A DNA stretch of 64,000 bases from an uncultured delta proteobacterium (GCA_963802945.1 CAWDKY010000029.1:192001-256000), one strand, 5' to 3'; positions 18,375-29,645 are shown, counted from the stretch's first letter. Translations and numbers: made by a program. The notes: generated by a model not told the origin, from the sequence alone.

Positions 18375-19119
18375 TCCCAAGGTCCGTTTGGACCGGCTCT
18401 TGGTGGAAAAAGGCCTGGCCCCTTCTCAAGAAAAGGCCAGGGCCTTGATTTATGCCGGGATGGTTAGGGTCAATCAGATACCGGCAGTAAAACCCGGCAA
18501 GGCCATCGATTCCAATTTATCGGTCGAGGTCAAACAAGCGAGTCATCCTTATGTCAGTCGAGGGGGAGTCAAATTAGAAAAGGCCCTGGAAAGCTTTCAG
18601 CTCGAAGTCAAAGACAAGGTGGCCCTGGATGTCGGGGCTTCCACCGGTGGGTTTACCCATTGCCTGCTTTTGAGAGGTGTAAAACGGGTCTATGCCGTTG
18701 ATGTGGGCTATGGCCAACTGGCCTGGGAAATTCGTCAGGATTCCCGGGTAAAGGTCATGGAAAGAAAGAATGTCCGGTTTCTCAGCCTGGCCGACATCGG
18801 CGAGCGGATGGATTTAATTGTGGTTGACACCTCTTTTATATCTTTAAAACTGGTTATCCCGCCCTTGATTTCCATCTTGAAGGATCAGGGAGATTTCGTG
18901 GCCTTGATCAAACCCCAATTTGAAGTGGGTAAAGGGAAGGTCGGCAAGGGGGGCGTGGTAAGAAATGAAGAGGATCAAAAAACGGCGATCGAAAGTTTAA
19001 GTCTTTTTTTTCAGGAAAAAGGCCTTAGGGTTTTAGGAACCATAGAATCCCCTATTCAAGGGGCCAAAGGTAACCGAGAATTTTTTATTCATTTGTTTAA
19101 AGGGAGATTGATTATATGA
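18361..19119 (+). CDS. tlyA: TlyA family rRNA 2'-O-methyltransferase
   Basis: S4 domain, YVSRGGVKL, LDVGASTGGFT, LIKPQFE. Confidence 0.95.
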   Translation: MGLNNPKVRLDRLLVEKGLAPSQEKARALIYAGMVRVNQIPAVKPGKAIDSNLSVEVKQASHPYVSRGGVKLEKALESFQLEVKDKVALDVGASTGGFTHCLLLRGVKRVYAVDVGYGQLAWEIRQDSRVKVMERKNVRFLSLADIGERMDLIVVDTSFISLKLVIPPLISILKDQGDFVALIKPQFEVGKGKVGKGGVVRNEEDQKTAIESLSLFFQEKGLRVLGTIESPIQGAKGNREFFIHLFKGRLII

Positions 19120-20309
19120 AATTGGCAGATCGTATAGGAGAGATTAAACCATCTTTAACCTTAGCGGTTGACGCCAAGGCCAAGGCCATGATGCAAGCCG
19201 GTCAGGATATCGTCAGCTTTGGAGCCGGAGAACCGGATTTTGACACCCCGGAACACATTAAAGAGGCGGCTATTCAAGCTATAAGAGAAGGATTTACTAA
19301 ATACACCCCGGTTAGTGGAATCGACGGACTTAAAGAAGCCGTGGCCTTTCGCTTCAAGGAGGACCTGGGTCTCGATTATGGACTTAAGGAGGTTGTGATA
19401 GGCTGCGGAGGGAAACATGTGCTTTATAATATCGCCCAGGCCCTTTGGGGTCCTGGGGATGACATCATCGTGCCGGCCCCTTATTGGGTTTCCTATCCCC
19501 CAATGATCCTTTTGGCCGGTGCTAATCCGATTATTTGCCCCACCCAGGAAGTCAATGGATTTAAATTAACACCGGCAGAACTGAATTCGGCCCTGACGCC
19601 CAACACAAAGGCCATTATCCTGAACAGCCCCTCCAATCCTACCGGGTCCGTCTATTCAAAAAAAGAACTGGAGGCTCTGGGAGAGATCATCTTGAAAAAC
19701 GACTTGACCGTGATCAGTGACGATATTTATGATAAGATACTCTTTGATCATCTGTCTTTTTTCAATTTGGCCATGCTAGGACCTCAGTTTAAAGAAAGGA
19801 CATTGGTCGTCAATGGGGTTTCTAAAACCTATGCCATGACGGGCTGGCGAATTGGTTATCTGGCGGGACCCCAAGATATCATCGGGGCCATTAATAAGAT
19901 ACAAAGCCACAGTACCTCCAACCCGACCTCGATTGCCCAGAAAGCCAGTGTGGCGGCCTTGATGGGACCACAAGACTTTATTAAAAAAATGGTGGCTGAG
20001 TTTGATCAACGTCGGATCTATATCGCCGAACGTCTGAAAGCCCTGCCGGGGGTGAAAACAGCCCTTCCACAGGGGGCTTTTTATATATTTCCTAATTTCT
20101 CAAGCTACTTCGGCCGAAAAACCGGGGACCGGATATTAAAGAATTCACTGGATTTAGCCGAATATCTATTAGAGAATGGTCGGATCGCCGTAGTGCCCGG
20201 AGCGGCCTTTGGGGAAGAGGACTGTTTACGCTTTTCCTATGCCACATCTTTGCAGCAGATTGAGAAAGGAATGGATCGGCTGGAAAAGGCCCTTGGAGTG
20301 CTTTTATAA
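19116..20309 (+). CDS. PLP-dependent class I/II aminotransferase (aspartate aminotransferase-like)
   Basis: GEPDFDTP, NSPSNPTG, SKTYAMTGWRIGY. Confidence 0.92.
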   Translation: MKLADRIGEIKPSLTLAVDAKAKAMMQAGQDIVSFGAGEPDFDTPEHIKEAAIQAIREGFTKYTPVSGIDGLKEAVAFRFKEDLGLDYGLKEVVIGCGGKHVLYNIAQALWGPGDDIIVPAPYWVSYPPMILLAGANPIICPTQEVNGFKLTPAELNSALTPNTKAIILNSPSNPTGSVYSKKELEALGEIILKNDLTVISDDIYDKILFDHLSFFNLAMLGPQFKERTLVVNGVSKTYAMTGWRIGYLAGPQDIIGAINKIQSHSTSNPTSIAQKASVAALMGPQDFIKKMVAEFDQRRIYIAERLKALPGVKTALPQGAFYIFPNFSSYFGRKTGDRILKNSLDLAEYLLENGRIAVVPGAAFGEEDCLRFSYATSLQQIEKGMDRLEKALGVLL

Positions 20310-20386
20310 TGTTTAAAGGGGGGAAGAAACGTCCCGAAAGAGGCAGAATCTTGGGTTTAAGGCGGTTTCCTTGATTCTCTTTTTCT

Positions 20387-20758
20387 TTAAGCGGTTATAT
20401 TTTTTCTGGTGAGAGCCTTCTTGAACCGGCAAGAAGGCTCATGGCACCAGGGGTTTTTCTGGTTTCCAGAGGGAAACCTTAGTCGGGCACTGCGCTTGGA
20501 GGCCTTCAATGGATTGATCTTGGCGGCGGTTTGGACCGAGGATTTTTTAATATGAGTGGCTAAGTTGCAGTTTCCCAATTTCCATTTTTGGGAAGGATCG
20601 GGATAGGAAAGGCAGTATATTCCACTGTCGAATTCCTTGCCCCGGTCACAGCCTTCACATTGTTCGATTACAGGATGACAGGATCCTCCATTAAACGAAC
20701 ACCCCTTGGGGCTCATGAAGGTACAGGCGACGCCGGATTTTACGGTTGAACAAACCAT
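20387..20758 (-). CDS. PxxKW family cysteine-rich protein (true stop probably near 20479)
   Basis: CSTVKSGVACTFM..C..CEGC..YPDPSQKW..GNCNLATH..KINPLKASKR; the tail runs through a terminator-like hairpin, suggesting an indel. Confidence 0.85.
   Translation of the reverse strand: MVCSTVKSGVACTFMSPKGCSFNGGSCHPVIEQCEGCDRGKEFDSGIYCLSYPDPSQKWKLGNCNLATHIKKSSVQTAAKINPLKASKRSARLRFPSGNQKNPWCHEPSCRFKKALTRKNITA
20406..20458. terminator. Stem-loop between convergent genes (probable bidirectional terminator)
   Basis: GAGCCTTCTTG-AACCGG-CAAGAAGGCTC extended by CTGGTG/CACCAG, T-run on the plus side. Confidence 0.6.
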
Positions 20759-20892
20759 GGGAATCACCCCCTTTCTATAAATTTTTGGATAGTAATGTTA
20801 AATTTTTATTTTGTCAACTATTTTTTTAATTAAAAATAATCGTGATCGAAAAAAACAATGTCCCTTTGGGGTATAAGGTGATATAAAAAATT

Positions 20893-21012
20893 TTAGAGAC
20901 CAGAGGTTCAGAGTACAAGGATTAAGGCTGAAGGGAAAACTTATCCTTTTTACCTTAGACCAACCCATCCCTTGACTCCTCGAACTCTTGACCTCTTTCT
21001 CCCTAGACCACT
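20893..21012. repeat. Degenerate 7/8-mer inverted arrays upstream of pilB
   Basis: AGAGGTTCAGAGTACAAGGATTAAGGCTGAAGGG opposite CCCTTGACTCCTCGAACTCTTGACCTCT. Confidence 0.55.
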
Positions 21013-21032
21013 AAGCAAAAGCCGTCACTTTT

Positions 21033-22728
21033 ATGTTTAAAAGCAACCGTATTGGCGAATTATTACTCCGGGAACAAAAGATCACTTCCAAACAGTTGGA
21101 AGAGGTTTTGGCCGAACAAAAAAGCCAAGGGGGGGGGCTAAAATCGGCAACCTTTTAATTCAGAAAGGATTTATCGACGAAGAAACCCTTTTAGGTTTTT
21201 TATCCAAACAATTCGAATTGCCGATTATCGATCTTTCTCGGCTTGAGTTTGATGCGACCTTGGCCAATTTGATCCCGGACAATATTGCCCGAAAATATGA
21301 GATCTTGCCCATCGGTAAAGAAGGGAGCACTTTAAAGATAGCTATCTCCGATCCTTCCAATATTTTTGCCTTGGATGATCTGAAATTTTTAACGGGAAGC
21401 AATATCCAGTTGTTTCTTTCCACTGAAAAACATCTCAGGGAAGCCCTGGACAAACACTACAAACTTGACTTCCACACTGAACCAGGCCTTTAAAAGATTA
21501 AAGGAAGAAGTCGATTATATCCAGCCTGATGAAGAAATGGATGAGACTCAATTTGGGAAATGCCGCCAAAGAGGCTCCGGTAGTTAAACTGGCCAATCTT
21601 CTCCTTATCGATGCCATCAAAAGGGGGGCCAGCGATATCCATTTTGAGCCCTATGACCGCGCCTTCCGCGTACGATATCGAATTGACGGGCTCTCTCTAT
21701 GAGATTATGAATCCCCCGGCTAAACTGAAAAATGCCCTGGTTTCCCGTTTAAAGATTATGTCTAATCTCAATATTGCCGAAAGAAGGCTCCCCAAGATGG
21801 TCGGTTAAAATTGCGTTTTGGAGAAAACCGAGAAATGGATTTTCGAGTTTCGGTATTGCCGACCCTGTTTGGAGAAAAAGTGGTTTTGCGCCTTCTGGAT
21901 AAGACGAACCTCCAGGTTGATTTGGAACGACTTGGTTTTGAACCGGAGGCTCTGGTCAAATTTTATGAGGGAGTCCATAAACCCTATGGGATGATCTTGG
22001 TAACCGGTCCTACGGGGAGCGGTAAAACGACGACCCTTTATTCCACCTTGGGTGAATTGAACAAAACCACCGAAAACATTTCTACCGCCGAGGATCCGGT
22101 TGAATTAAATATTTTCGGGATCAATCAGGTTCAGGTTCACGAAGAAATCGGCTTGACCTTTTCCAATGTGTTGCGTTCCTTTCTTCGTCAAGACCCAGAT
22201 ATCATTATGGTGGGTGAGATTCGGGATAAGGATACGGCTGAAATTTCCATCAAGGCGGCTTTAACCGGACATCTGGTCCTGAGCACCCTTCATACCAACG
22301 ATGCCTCCAATACCGTTACCCGATTATTGGATATGGGAGTCGAACCTTTTTTGGTCGCTTCTTCGATCAATTTGGTGGTGGCCCAGAGACTGGTTAGAAA
22401 ATTATGTCCCAACTGCAAAAAAAAGGTTGAAAAATCCACTGATCTTTTTAAAGAGTTCAATCTAGATCCTACCATTCATACACTTTCGGAAAAAGTCGGC
22501 TGCCCCGCCTGCAATTTTTCAGGATTTAAGGGACGAATTGCCATCTATGAAGTCTTGCCTTTTTTTGAGAAACTCAAAGAACTGATCTTCGAAAGGGCCT
22601 CGGCGGCCGAAATAAAAAGAATGGCCCGTATCGAGGGGATGAAGACTCTTCGGGAGAGCGGATTAACCAAAGTACTGGAAGGGGTAACCACTTTGGAAGA
22701 AGTCATCAAGGTTACGGATAAAGATTAA
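21033..22728 (+). CDS. pilB: Type IV pilus assembly ATPase PilB, five apparent homopolymer frameshifts in the 5' half
   Basis: [12 protein letters not shown] start, [40 protein letters not shown]; indels near 21130, 21470, 21552, 21690, 21793. Confidence 0.88.
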
Positions 22729-22731
22729 CTC

Positions 22732-23940
22732 ATGCCGAACTATACCTGGGAAGGAAAATCAAAACAGGGAGAGACGAAAAAAGGGGAACTGGTGGCCGAT
22801 AATCTGGCCATTGCCCGTTTACAACTTCGGAAATTGGGTATCCTTCCTAATCGTATTCAGGAAAAACGGGAAAAGTCTGCTAAAAAAGTTACTGTCCGTA
22901 AAAAAATTCCCAAAAAATTGATCGTTGTTTTTACTCGACAGTTCGCTACGATGATCAATGCCGGTCTCCCTTTGGTCCAATGCTTAAATATTCTGGCCAA
23001 TCAACAAGAGAATGCCGCTTTTTCAAATGTCATCACTCAAATCAAAGGGGATGTGGAAAGCGGTAAATCATTAGCCGAAGCCTTAAGAAATCATCCCAGA
23101 GTCTTTGATCAGCTTTATACCAATCTGGTGGAGGCCGGTGAAACAGGCGGCATATTGGATGTGATATTAAATCGGCTGTCCAGCTATATTGAAAAGACCG
23201 AGAAACTTAAAAAGAAAGTCAAAGGGGCTATGGTCTACCCGGCTGTTGTTTCAGGGATTGCGGTGGTGGTTACGGCGATTATTTTACTTTTTGTTATCCC
23301 GATTTTTGAAAAAATGTTTTCCGAAGTCGGGCAAGCCCTGCCGGCCCCCACCCAATTTGTAATCGCCCTCAGCCGTTTTGTAAGTAATAATTTTATCTAT
23401 ATCATTTTAGGATTTGGGGCCTTTATTTATCTTCTACGCCGCTTTTATCGGACCGACAAAGGCAAATACTTAATGGACGATCTTTTTTTGAAATTGCCGA
23501 TTTTCGGCATTCTTCTTAGGAAGGTGGCTGTGGCCAAGTTTACCCGGACCTTTGGGACCATGGTTAGCAGCGGGGTACCTATCCTGGAAGCCATGGATAT
23601 TGTAGCTAGGTCGGCCGGAAACAAGGTGGTAGAAAAGGCCATTTTTAATGCCAGAGGAAGTATCGCTCAAGGAAGAACGATTTCAGAACCGTTGGCGGAA
23701 AGCAGGGTGTTCCCCCCTATGGTGACCCAGATGATCGGGGTTGGGGAGGCCTCCGGTGAACTGGATACCATGCTTAACAAAATCGCTGATTTTTATGACG
23801 AAGATGTGGATGCCGCCGTCAATACGCTCACTTCCATGATGGAGCCGATTATGATGGTCGTTCTGGGGGGGATTGTCGGTGGGTTGGTCATTTCCATGTA
23901 TCTGCCGATCTTTAAAATGGGGGAAGCTATTAAAGGATAA
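22732..23940 (+). CDS. pilC: Type IV pilus platform protein PilC
   Basis: FTRQFATMINAGLPL, AGETGGILD, GEASGELDTML, MYLPIF. Confidence 0.95.
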   Translation: MPNYTWEGKSKQGETKKGELVADNLAIARLQLRKLGILPNRIQEKREKSAKKVTVRKKIPKKLIVVFTRQFATMINAGLPLVQCLNILANQQENAAFSNVITQIKGDVESGKSLAEALRNHPRVFDQLYTNLVEAGETGGILDVILNRLSSYIEKTEKLKKKVKGAMVYPAVVSGIAVVVTAIILLFVIPIFEKMFSEVGQALPAPTQFVIALSRFVSNNFIYIILGFGAFIYLLRRFYRTDKGKYLMDDLFLKLPIFGILLRKVAVAKFTRTFGTMVSSGVPILEAMDIVARSAGNKVVEKAIFNARGSIAQGRTISEPLAESRVFPPMVTQMIGVGEASGELDTMLNKIADFYDEDVDAAVNTLTSMMEPIMMVVLGGIVGGLVISMYLPIFKMGEAIKG

Positions 23941-24007
23941 TCATTTTCTGATCGCTGGGCTGACCCCACCCCGACTTTTGGCCATAGTATCTTGAGTTAA
24001 CCAGTCT

Positions 24008-25738
24008 ATGAAAATTGCTTTTCCCGTTATTTACCCCAGTACATCCGAGGAAGTCTCTTCGAGGAACTGGTTTTATATCGAAGAAGACTTCTTGAGAAAA
24101 ATGAGGTGGCTTGTTTTATGGCGGTTGGTTTTTATTTCATTCTTTCTCTTACTGACTGTGTTGCTTCCTGAAAAAGAGGATCTTTTTCTCTTTCCTTTTT
24201 CTTCTTCCCCATTATATGTCCTGATTGCTCTCCAATATTTTTTTTCGATCCTCTATCTTCTTTTTCTGTTGAGGGCCGAGACCGGCCAATGGATTGCTTT
24301 TGTTCAGTTGTTCATAGACGGATTTTTTGTAACGGCTGTAGTCTATGTTACCGGTGGCATAGAGAGTTTTTTCTCCTACCTCTATTTTTTAGTCATTTTG
24401 GCTGGCGGTATCCTCTTTTTTCGGCTGGGGGGATTATTAACCGCTCTTTATGCCTTGGTTTTATATGCCGTTCTTCTTTTGCTTCAAGGTTTAGGGAAAA
24501 TCCCATTTTATTATGGACTGACCAATCCGTCTTATTTCTATTCTCAAAAATATCTTTTATATCAAATTGTCATGAATGGGATAGGATTTTTGGGGGTGGG
24601 CTATCTGAGTAGCATCTTTTCCGAACAGGTTTTAAAACAAAGGGGCCAGATAGAAATTCAGAAAAAAAATATTAATCAACTGGAAGCCATGAATCGACTG
24701 ATTATCGAGAACCTGGATATGGGATTAATCACTCTGGACCATGAAGATAAAATACAGAGCATTAACCGGGCCGGTGAGAAAATTCTTGGCCGTGATTCGA
24801 GTGATTTAAAAAATAAGCCCTTGATCACCATATTTCCTGATTTGGATAATGAACCCGGCCTCAATATGACTGCGGAGAGGAAACGTCTGGAGACCTCCTA
24901 TGTTAATCCTGATGGCTTAGTTTCAACGATAGGTTTTTTCTTTAATCGGGTAAAAGAAGATCAATCTTACGGGATTGGGAAAATATTTTCTTTTAAAGAT
25001 ATATCTCAAATCAAAGCCATGGAGGAGCGCCTGCGACAGGTAGATCGTTTGGCCTTGATGGGAAAAATGGCCGCCGGAATCGCCCACGAAGTTAGAAACC
25101 CCTTGGCTTCGATCAGTGGATCGATCCAGGTTTTGAAGGATGATTTTAAAGAAAAAGAGACAGGGGAACGCCTTTTACAAATTATTTCCCGGGAAGTAAC
25201 CAAACTGGATTCATTGATGAGTGATTTTTTGACGTTTACCCGATCGGTTCAAGTGATCGAATCCCCGATCAATATTTCAGATGTCATTTTAGAAACGGTT
25301 GAACTAATTAAAAATAGTAGAGAAATACCCACGAGTATGACCTGGAAATTAGATATCGAATCTAATCTTTTACTTAAAATTTCAGCCGGCGAGTTGTCTC
25401 AGGTTTTATGGAATCTTCTGATGAATGCCCTGCAGGCTGTTCCTTCAAACGGCGAGATCTTCGTTGAGGCTCGATATGGTCTGACAGAATTGCATGAGAA
25501 TGGGGTTGAAATCAAAGTAAGAGACAGTGGCCCCGGTATCAGCGAGATGGATCAGGTTAAAATTTTTGAGCCTTTTTTTACGACCAAAGATCGAGGGACA
25601 GGTCTTGGATTAAGTATTGTTCAAAAAATTATTTCCGATCGGGGGGGTAAAATCCAGGTGGACAGTTCTCCGGGAAAAGGGACGGAATTCGCCGTTTTTT
25701 TTCCAAAAGGGGCCGATAAGTTTAAGGTGGGACATTGA
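24008..25738 (+). CDS. pilS: Sensor histidine kinase, PilS-like
   Basis: Multi-TM N-terminus with TGGIESFF, PAS, AHEVRNPLASISG, FFTTK..GTGLGL; follows pilC. Confidence 0.82.
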   Translation: MKIAFPVIYPSTSEEVSSRNWFYIEEDFLRKMRWLVLWRLVFISFFLLLTVLLPEKEDLFLFPFSSSPLYVLIALQYFFSILYLLFLLRAETGQWIAFVQLFIDGFFVTAVVYVTGGIESFFSYLYFLVILAGGILFFRLGGLLTALYALVLYAVLLLLQGLGKIPFYYGLTNPSYFYSQKYLLYQIVMNGIGFLGVGYLSSIFSEQVLKQRGQIEIQKKNINQLEAMNRLIIENLDMGLITLDHEDKIQSINRAGEKILGRDSSDLKNKPLITIFPDLDNEPGLNMTAERKRLETSYVNPDGLVSTIGFFFNRVKEDQSYGIGKIFSFKDISQIKAMEERLRQVDRLALMGKMAAGIAHEVRNPLASISGSIQVLKDDFKEKETGERLLQIISREVTKLDSLMSDFLTFTRSVQVIESPINISDVILETVELIKNSREIPTSMTWKLDIESNLLLKISAGELSQVLWNLLMNALQAVPSNGEIFVEARYGLTELHENGVEIKVRDSGPGISEMDQVKIFEPFFTTKDRGTGLGLSIVQKIISDRGGKIQVDSSPGKGTEFAVFFPKGADKFKVGH

Positions 25739-25767
25739 CAAGCTAAGAGGTTTGAGATAAAAAATCT

Positions 25768-26406
25768 ATGATCAGTATTATCGACTACAAAGCAGGCAAC
25801 CTGACCAGCGTGGAAAGGGCTTTGAAAAAATTGTCCATCCCCTGCCGGATTACCCATGATCCAAAATTAGTCCTGCAATCGGATCGGGTGATTTTCCCGG
25901 GGGTCGGTGCTGCCGGCGAGGCCATGAAAGCCCTCAGGGCCACAGGAATGGATGAAGCCCTCAAGGCTTTTTTTCTTTCCGGACGTCCCCTGCTGGGGAT
26001 CTGCCTGGGAACTCAGGTTATTCTGGATTTCAGCCAAGAGAATCAAACCGCCTGCTTGGGGATCCTTCCCGGGGAAGTGATCCGTTTCCCCAACCCGCAT
26101 TTAGACGAGCAGGGGAAGACATTAAAAATTCCTCACATGGGCTGGAACCGGGTGGAATGGAATCGGGATCATCCCCTGGTTCGGTTCATACCGCCGCAGA
26201 GCACTTTTTATTTTGTCCATGCCTATTATCCTGTTCCCCGTGAAGAAAAACATGTCTTGGGTCGGACTCATTACGGCTTTTCTTTCCCTTCGGCCCTAGC
26301 TTGTAGGAATTTAGTGGCCCTTCAGTTTCATCCCGAAAAGAGCGGATCTTCGGGACTGGCCTTGTTAAGGGCCTTTTCCCAGTGGGAGGGCCGAGATGCT
26401 GACTAA
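25768..26406 (+). CDS. hisH: Imidazole glycerol phosphate synthase glutaminase subunit
   Basis: [32 protein letters not shown]. Confidence 0.96.
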   Translation: MISIIDYKAGNLTSVERALKKLSIPCRITHDPKLVLQSDRVIFPGVGAAGEAMKALRATGMDEALKAFFLSGRPLLGICLGTQVILDFSQENQTACLGILPGEVIRFPNPHLDEQGKTLKIPHMGWNRVEWNRDHPLVRFIPPQSTFYFVHAYYPVPREEKHVLGRTHYGFSFPSALACRNLVALQFHPEKSGSSGLALLRAFSQWEGRDAD

Positions 26407-27175
26407 GCGCATTATTCCCTGCCTGGATGTACGGGATGGAAAAACCACCAAGGGGATCCGTTTTAAAAATAATATTGACATCGGAGACCCGGTGGAAATG
26501 GCCCGCTTTTATTATGAAGCAGGGGCCGATGAACTGGTTTTCTACGATATCACGGCCTCAGCGGAAAAAAGGGGGATTATGATCGAAGTGGTTCGGCGCG
26601 TGGCTGAGGAAATATTTATACCTTTTTCCGTGGGCGGAGGAATTTCCTGCCTAGAAGATATGCGGCAGGTCCTTCTGGCCGGTGCGGAAAAGGTCAGCAT
26701 TAATTCGGCGGCGGTAAAAAATCCAGCCTTGATCCAGGAGGGGGCCCAGGCCTTTGGCGGGCAATGCATTGTATTGGGGATGGATGTGAAGAAAGTACCG
26801 GCCAAGGCCTCCCTTTCTTCGGGCTATGAAATAGTCATTCATGGAGGTCGGACGTTTACCGGTATTGATGCCTTATGGTGGGCCAAAGAGACTGAGCGGC
26901 TGGGGGCCGGTGAAATTTGTTTAAATTCCATTGATGCCGATGGTACCCAAAAAGGCTATGAAATGGCCTTGACCGCCTTGATTTCTGATGCTGTTTCCAT
27001 ACCCGTCATTGCTTCCGGCGGGGCCGGCTCCCCAGAAGATATTTGTCAGGTTCTTGGGCAAGGGAAGGCAGATGCCGCCCTGATCGCCTCTATGACCCAT
27101 TATGGGACCTATACCATCCGGCAAATCAAGGACTATTTAAAAGACCATGGGGTGCCGGTGAGGACTCTCTGGTAG
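26396..27175 (+). CDS. hisF: Imidazole glycerol phosphate synthase cyclase subunit
   Basis: [39 protein letters not shown]. Confidence 0.97.
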   Translation: MLTKRIIPCLDVRDGKTTKGIRFKNNIDIGDPVEMARFYYEAGADELVFYDITASAEKRGIMIEVVRRVAEEIFIPFSVGGGISCLEDMRQVLLAGAEKVSINSAAVKNPALIQEGAQAFGGQCIVLGMDVKKVPAKASLSSGYEIVIHGGRTFTGIDALWWAKETERLGAGEICLNSIDADGTQKGYEMALTALISDAVSIPVIASGGAGSPEDICQVLGQGKADAALIASMTHYGTYTIRQIKDYLKDHGVPVRTLW

Positions 27176-27205
27176 GCCCTTGAGGATCATGGGTTTGGAT
27201 TCAAT

Positions 27206-28027
27206 TTGTTGGGAACAGAGGAAATGATAATGTTTGAGCCAAAAAGTTTTTTCGATTTTTCGGATTGGGAACATCAAGAACTTTTCTCCGGCGTTGAGCA
27301 GATCTGGGAAGTTGTGCCGAGGATAAACCCCTATTTGCAATCCAGGATTCGTTCCAATTTGGAAGGCGTTTTCCCTGAAGGATCGTTTTTAACCCGGATG
27401 ATTATTTTGCACCAAGGGCGGGTTTTGGAAAAGGGCTTCTCCATTATCCCCGGAGATGCCACCAAAGGACAATTTAAGGTTTTTTATGAAAACCAGGAAC
27501 TGAAAGATGCCATTGTATTCTTTGCCGGGGTTACCCTGGTTGGAAAAGCTATTTTTGTAGGCCAGGGGACGGTGGTAGAAACGGGGGCTTATATCCAAAG
27601 TCCGGCCTTTATTGGTCGACAAACCGAGGTACGCCAGGGGGCTTATCTGCGAGGCGGTTGCTTGGTGGGAGATCGTTGTGTCGTGGGCCATGTGACTGAA
27701 ATGAAAAATTCGGTTATGCTGGACGGGGCCAAGGCCGGTCATTTCGCTTACATCGGAGACAGCCTTGTGGGAAAAGACTGCAATCTGGGGGCCGGCACCA
27801 AACTGGCCAATCTTAAAGTGGTTAATAGTACCATCAAGGTGAAGAGTACCAATAAAAAAATATATGACACTGGCCTCAGGAAATTTGGTGCAGTTCTGGG
27901 GGATCATACCGAGACCGGGTGCAATTCCGTCACCAATCCCGGAACATTGTTAGGGCCGAAATGTATTGTGGGGCCTAATGCCACGGTTAAGGCCGGATAT
28001 TATCCTCGTCGTTCGGTTATTCGGTAA
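27206..28027 (+). CDS. Left-handed beta-helix acyltransferase-like protein (GlmU C-terminal-like, no nucleotidyltransferase domain)
   Basis: Hexapeptide repeats, HFAYIGDSLVG..NLGAGTKLAN, TGLRKFGAVLGD; start uncertain. Confidence 0.8.
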   Translation: MLGTEEMIMFEPKSFFDFSDWEHQELFSGVEQIWEVVPRINPYLQSRIRSNLEGVFPEGSFLTRMIILHQGRVLEKGFSIIPGDATKGQFKVFYENQELKDAIVFFAGVTLVGKAIFVGQGTVVETGAYIQSPAFIGRQTEVRQGAYLRGGCLVGDRCVVGHVTEMKNSVMLDGAKAGHFAYIGDSLVGKDCNLGAGTKLANLKVVNSTIKVKSTNKKIYDTGLRKFGAVLGDHTETGCNSVTNPGTLLGPKCIVGPNATVKAGYYPRRSVIR

Positions 28028-28131
28028 TTCCGATTTCGATCCTAGTGGATAGCTAAAAGGCTATTGCTTATAGGAAGCAGGGATGCTTTTGTCTTTTATC
28101 GAAGAAAAAAATATTTTTTGGAAGTGACCTA

Positions 28132-28911
28132 TTGAACGGATCTTTGATCGCCTTCAGCTATCGGTTTAAAGAATGTCCGGACGTGGCGATTATTCAGGCC
28201 CGGCCCAATTTTTCCGATTTTAGTCCGGAGGAGAAACAGCAAATAAGGGAAGCCGAAAAGGTCTATTATCCGACACAGCTTTATGTGGATCTGTTTATTA
28301 CCATGGGAAAAAAAATTTTCCCCAGCCGTGAAACCTATGTTTATTCAGGCGACAAGATCAAACAGACCGCCCTGTTTCAATTTTTACGAATTCCTCATCC
28401 TCGAACCCAGGTGTATTTCGGGCGCCAAAAAAAAAGGATCAAAAACGATTTTTCCTTTCCTTTCATCGCCAAGATTCCCCGTGGATCCTCCATGGGGCAG
28501 GGAGTTTTTCTGATCCATAACGATGAAGAATTGAGACGTTATCTGCATCGATCCCCGGTGGCTTATGTTCAGGAATATCTTCCTCTGGATCGAGATCTGC
28601 GCGTGATCCTTATTAATCATCAGATCATTTTAGCTTATTGGAAAATTGCCCCAGAGGGAGAGTTCCGGAATAATCTGGCCCAAGGAGCTTCCATCCGATT
28701 TGATGTTGTTCCGGATGAGGCCTTGATTTTTGCCGAACATGTGACCCAGAGGTGTAATTTTAATGACGTAGGACTGGATTTGTGCCATACTTTCGATAGG
28801 GGATGGATGATCCTGGAGGCCAATATGAATTACGGCCTTCAGGGTTTAAAAGAAAAAGGGATGGATATTCGGCTGGTGTTGAGGGACTTAAAGTTGGAAG
28901 GGAAGATTTAG
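28132..28911 (+). CDS. RimK-like ATP-grasp ligase
   Basis: FPFIAKIPRGSSMGQGVFLI, YVQEYL..DLRV, FRNNLAQG, ILEAN. Confidence 0.85.
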   Translation: MNGSLIAFSYRFKECPDVAIIQARPNFSDFSPEEKQQIREAEKVYYPTQLYVDLFITMGKKIFPSRETYVYSGDKIKQTALFQFLRIPHPRTQVYFGRQKKRIKNDFSFPFIAKIPRGSSMGQGVFLIHNDEELRRYLHRSPVAYVQEYLPLDRDLRVILINHQIILAYWKIAPEGEFRNNLAQGASIRFDVVPDEALIFAEHVTQRCNFNDVGLDLCHTFDRGWMILEANMNYGLQGLKEKGMDIRLVLRDLKLEGKI

Positions 28912-28938
28912 CGAAAACTATTTGAAATTATTTAACTT

Positions 28939-29057
28939 GTAATTCACCGTAGCTTGCTACAGGGCACCAAAAAGGATGAGTTCGAGAAACCTTTGGTTTC
29001 TCGATCAAAGAAGAATTACCATTTGATACCCTGCAGCTTGCTGCGGGGAGGTTCATT
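28939..29057. mobile_element. Non-autonomous IS200/IS605-like element with two related palindromes
   Basis: CCGTAGCTTGCTACAGG (~28947-28963) and CCCTGCAGCTTGCTGCGGGG (~29029-29048); central hairpin TCGAGAAACC-TTT-GGTTTCTCGA. Confidence 0.55.
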
Positions 29058-29227
29058 TAATGAGTTAGAAGGTAGTTAACAGAATTGGGATGACCCGTAA
29101 AAAGATTTAAAGTTTTCACATTGACTTCTGTCTTCTGACTTCGGGGTTCTAAAGATTGTCTTAAGAAGACCCGATTAATAAAATGATTAGAGATGAATAT
29201 TCAAACTAAACTTAGGTAAAAATTTTT

Positions 29228-29638
29228 ATGATGGTCCTTGATTTACAATGCGCCAATGAGCATTTTTTCGAAGGCTGGTTTGCCAATTCGGAGGCCTTTT
29301 ATCGACAAAAGGGGGCCGGTGAAATCCGCTGCCCGGTTTGTGAAGATAATCGAATCAGCCAGGCCCTGTCACCTGTGGCCATTAAACGACATTCACGAAA
29401 CTTCAATAAGGAAGAAGAGACGAATCCCCTTATCGTTAAATTACAGCAATTTTATAAATATGTTGAAGAGAACTTTGAAGAAGTAGGGACCGATTTTTCT
29501 AAAGAGGCCTTGAAAATACACTATGGGGTTGCCGATCAACGTAATATCCGGGGGACTTCGACGGCTGATGAGGAAAAATTATTAAAAGAAGAGGGTGTGG
29601 AATTTTACAAAATCCCTTTCCCCAAGGGGGATCATTAG
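29228..29638 (+). CDS. DUF1178 family protein
   Basis: DLQCANEHFFEGWF..CPVC..FEEVGTDFSKEALKIHYG..RNIRG. Confidence 0.88.
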   Translation: MMVLDLQCANEHFFEGWFANSEAFYRQKGAGEIRCPVCEDNRISQALSPVAIKRHSRNFNKEEETNPLIVKLQQFYKYVEENFEEVGTDFSKEALKIHYGVADQRNIRGTSTADEEKLLKEEGVEFYKIPFPKGDH

Positions 29639-29645
29639 ACCGTTT

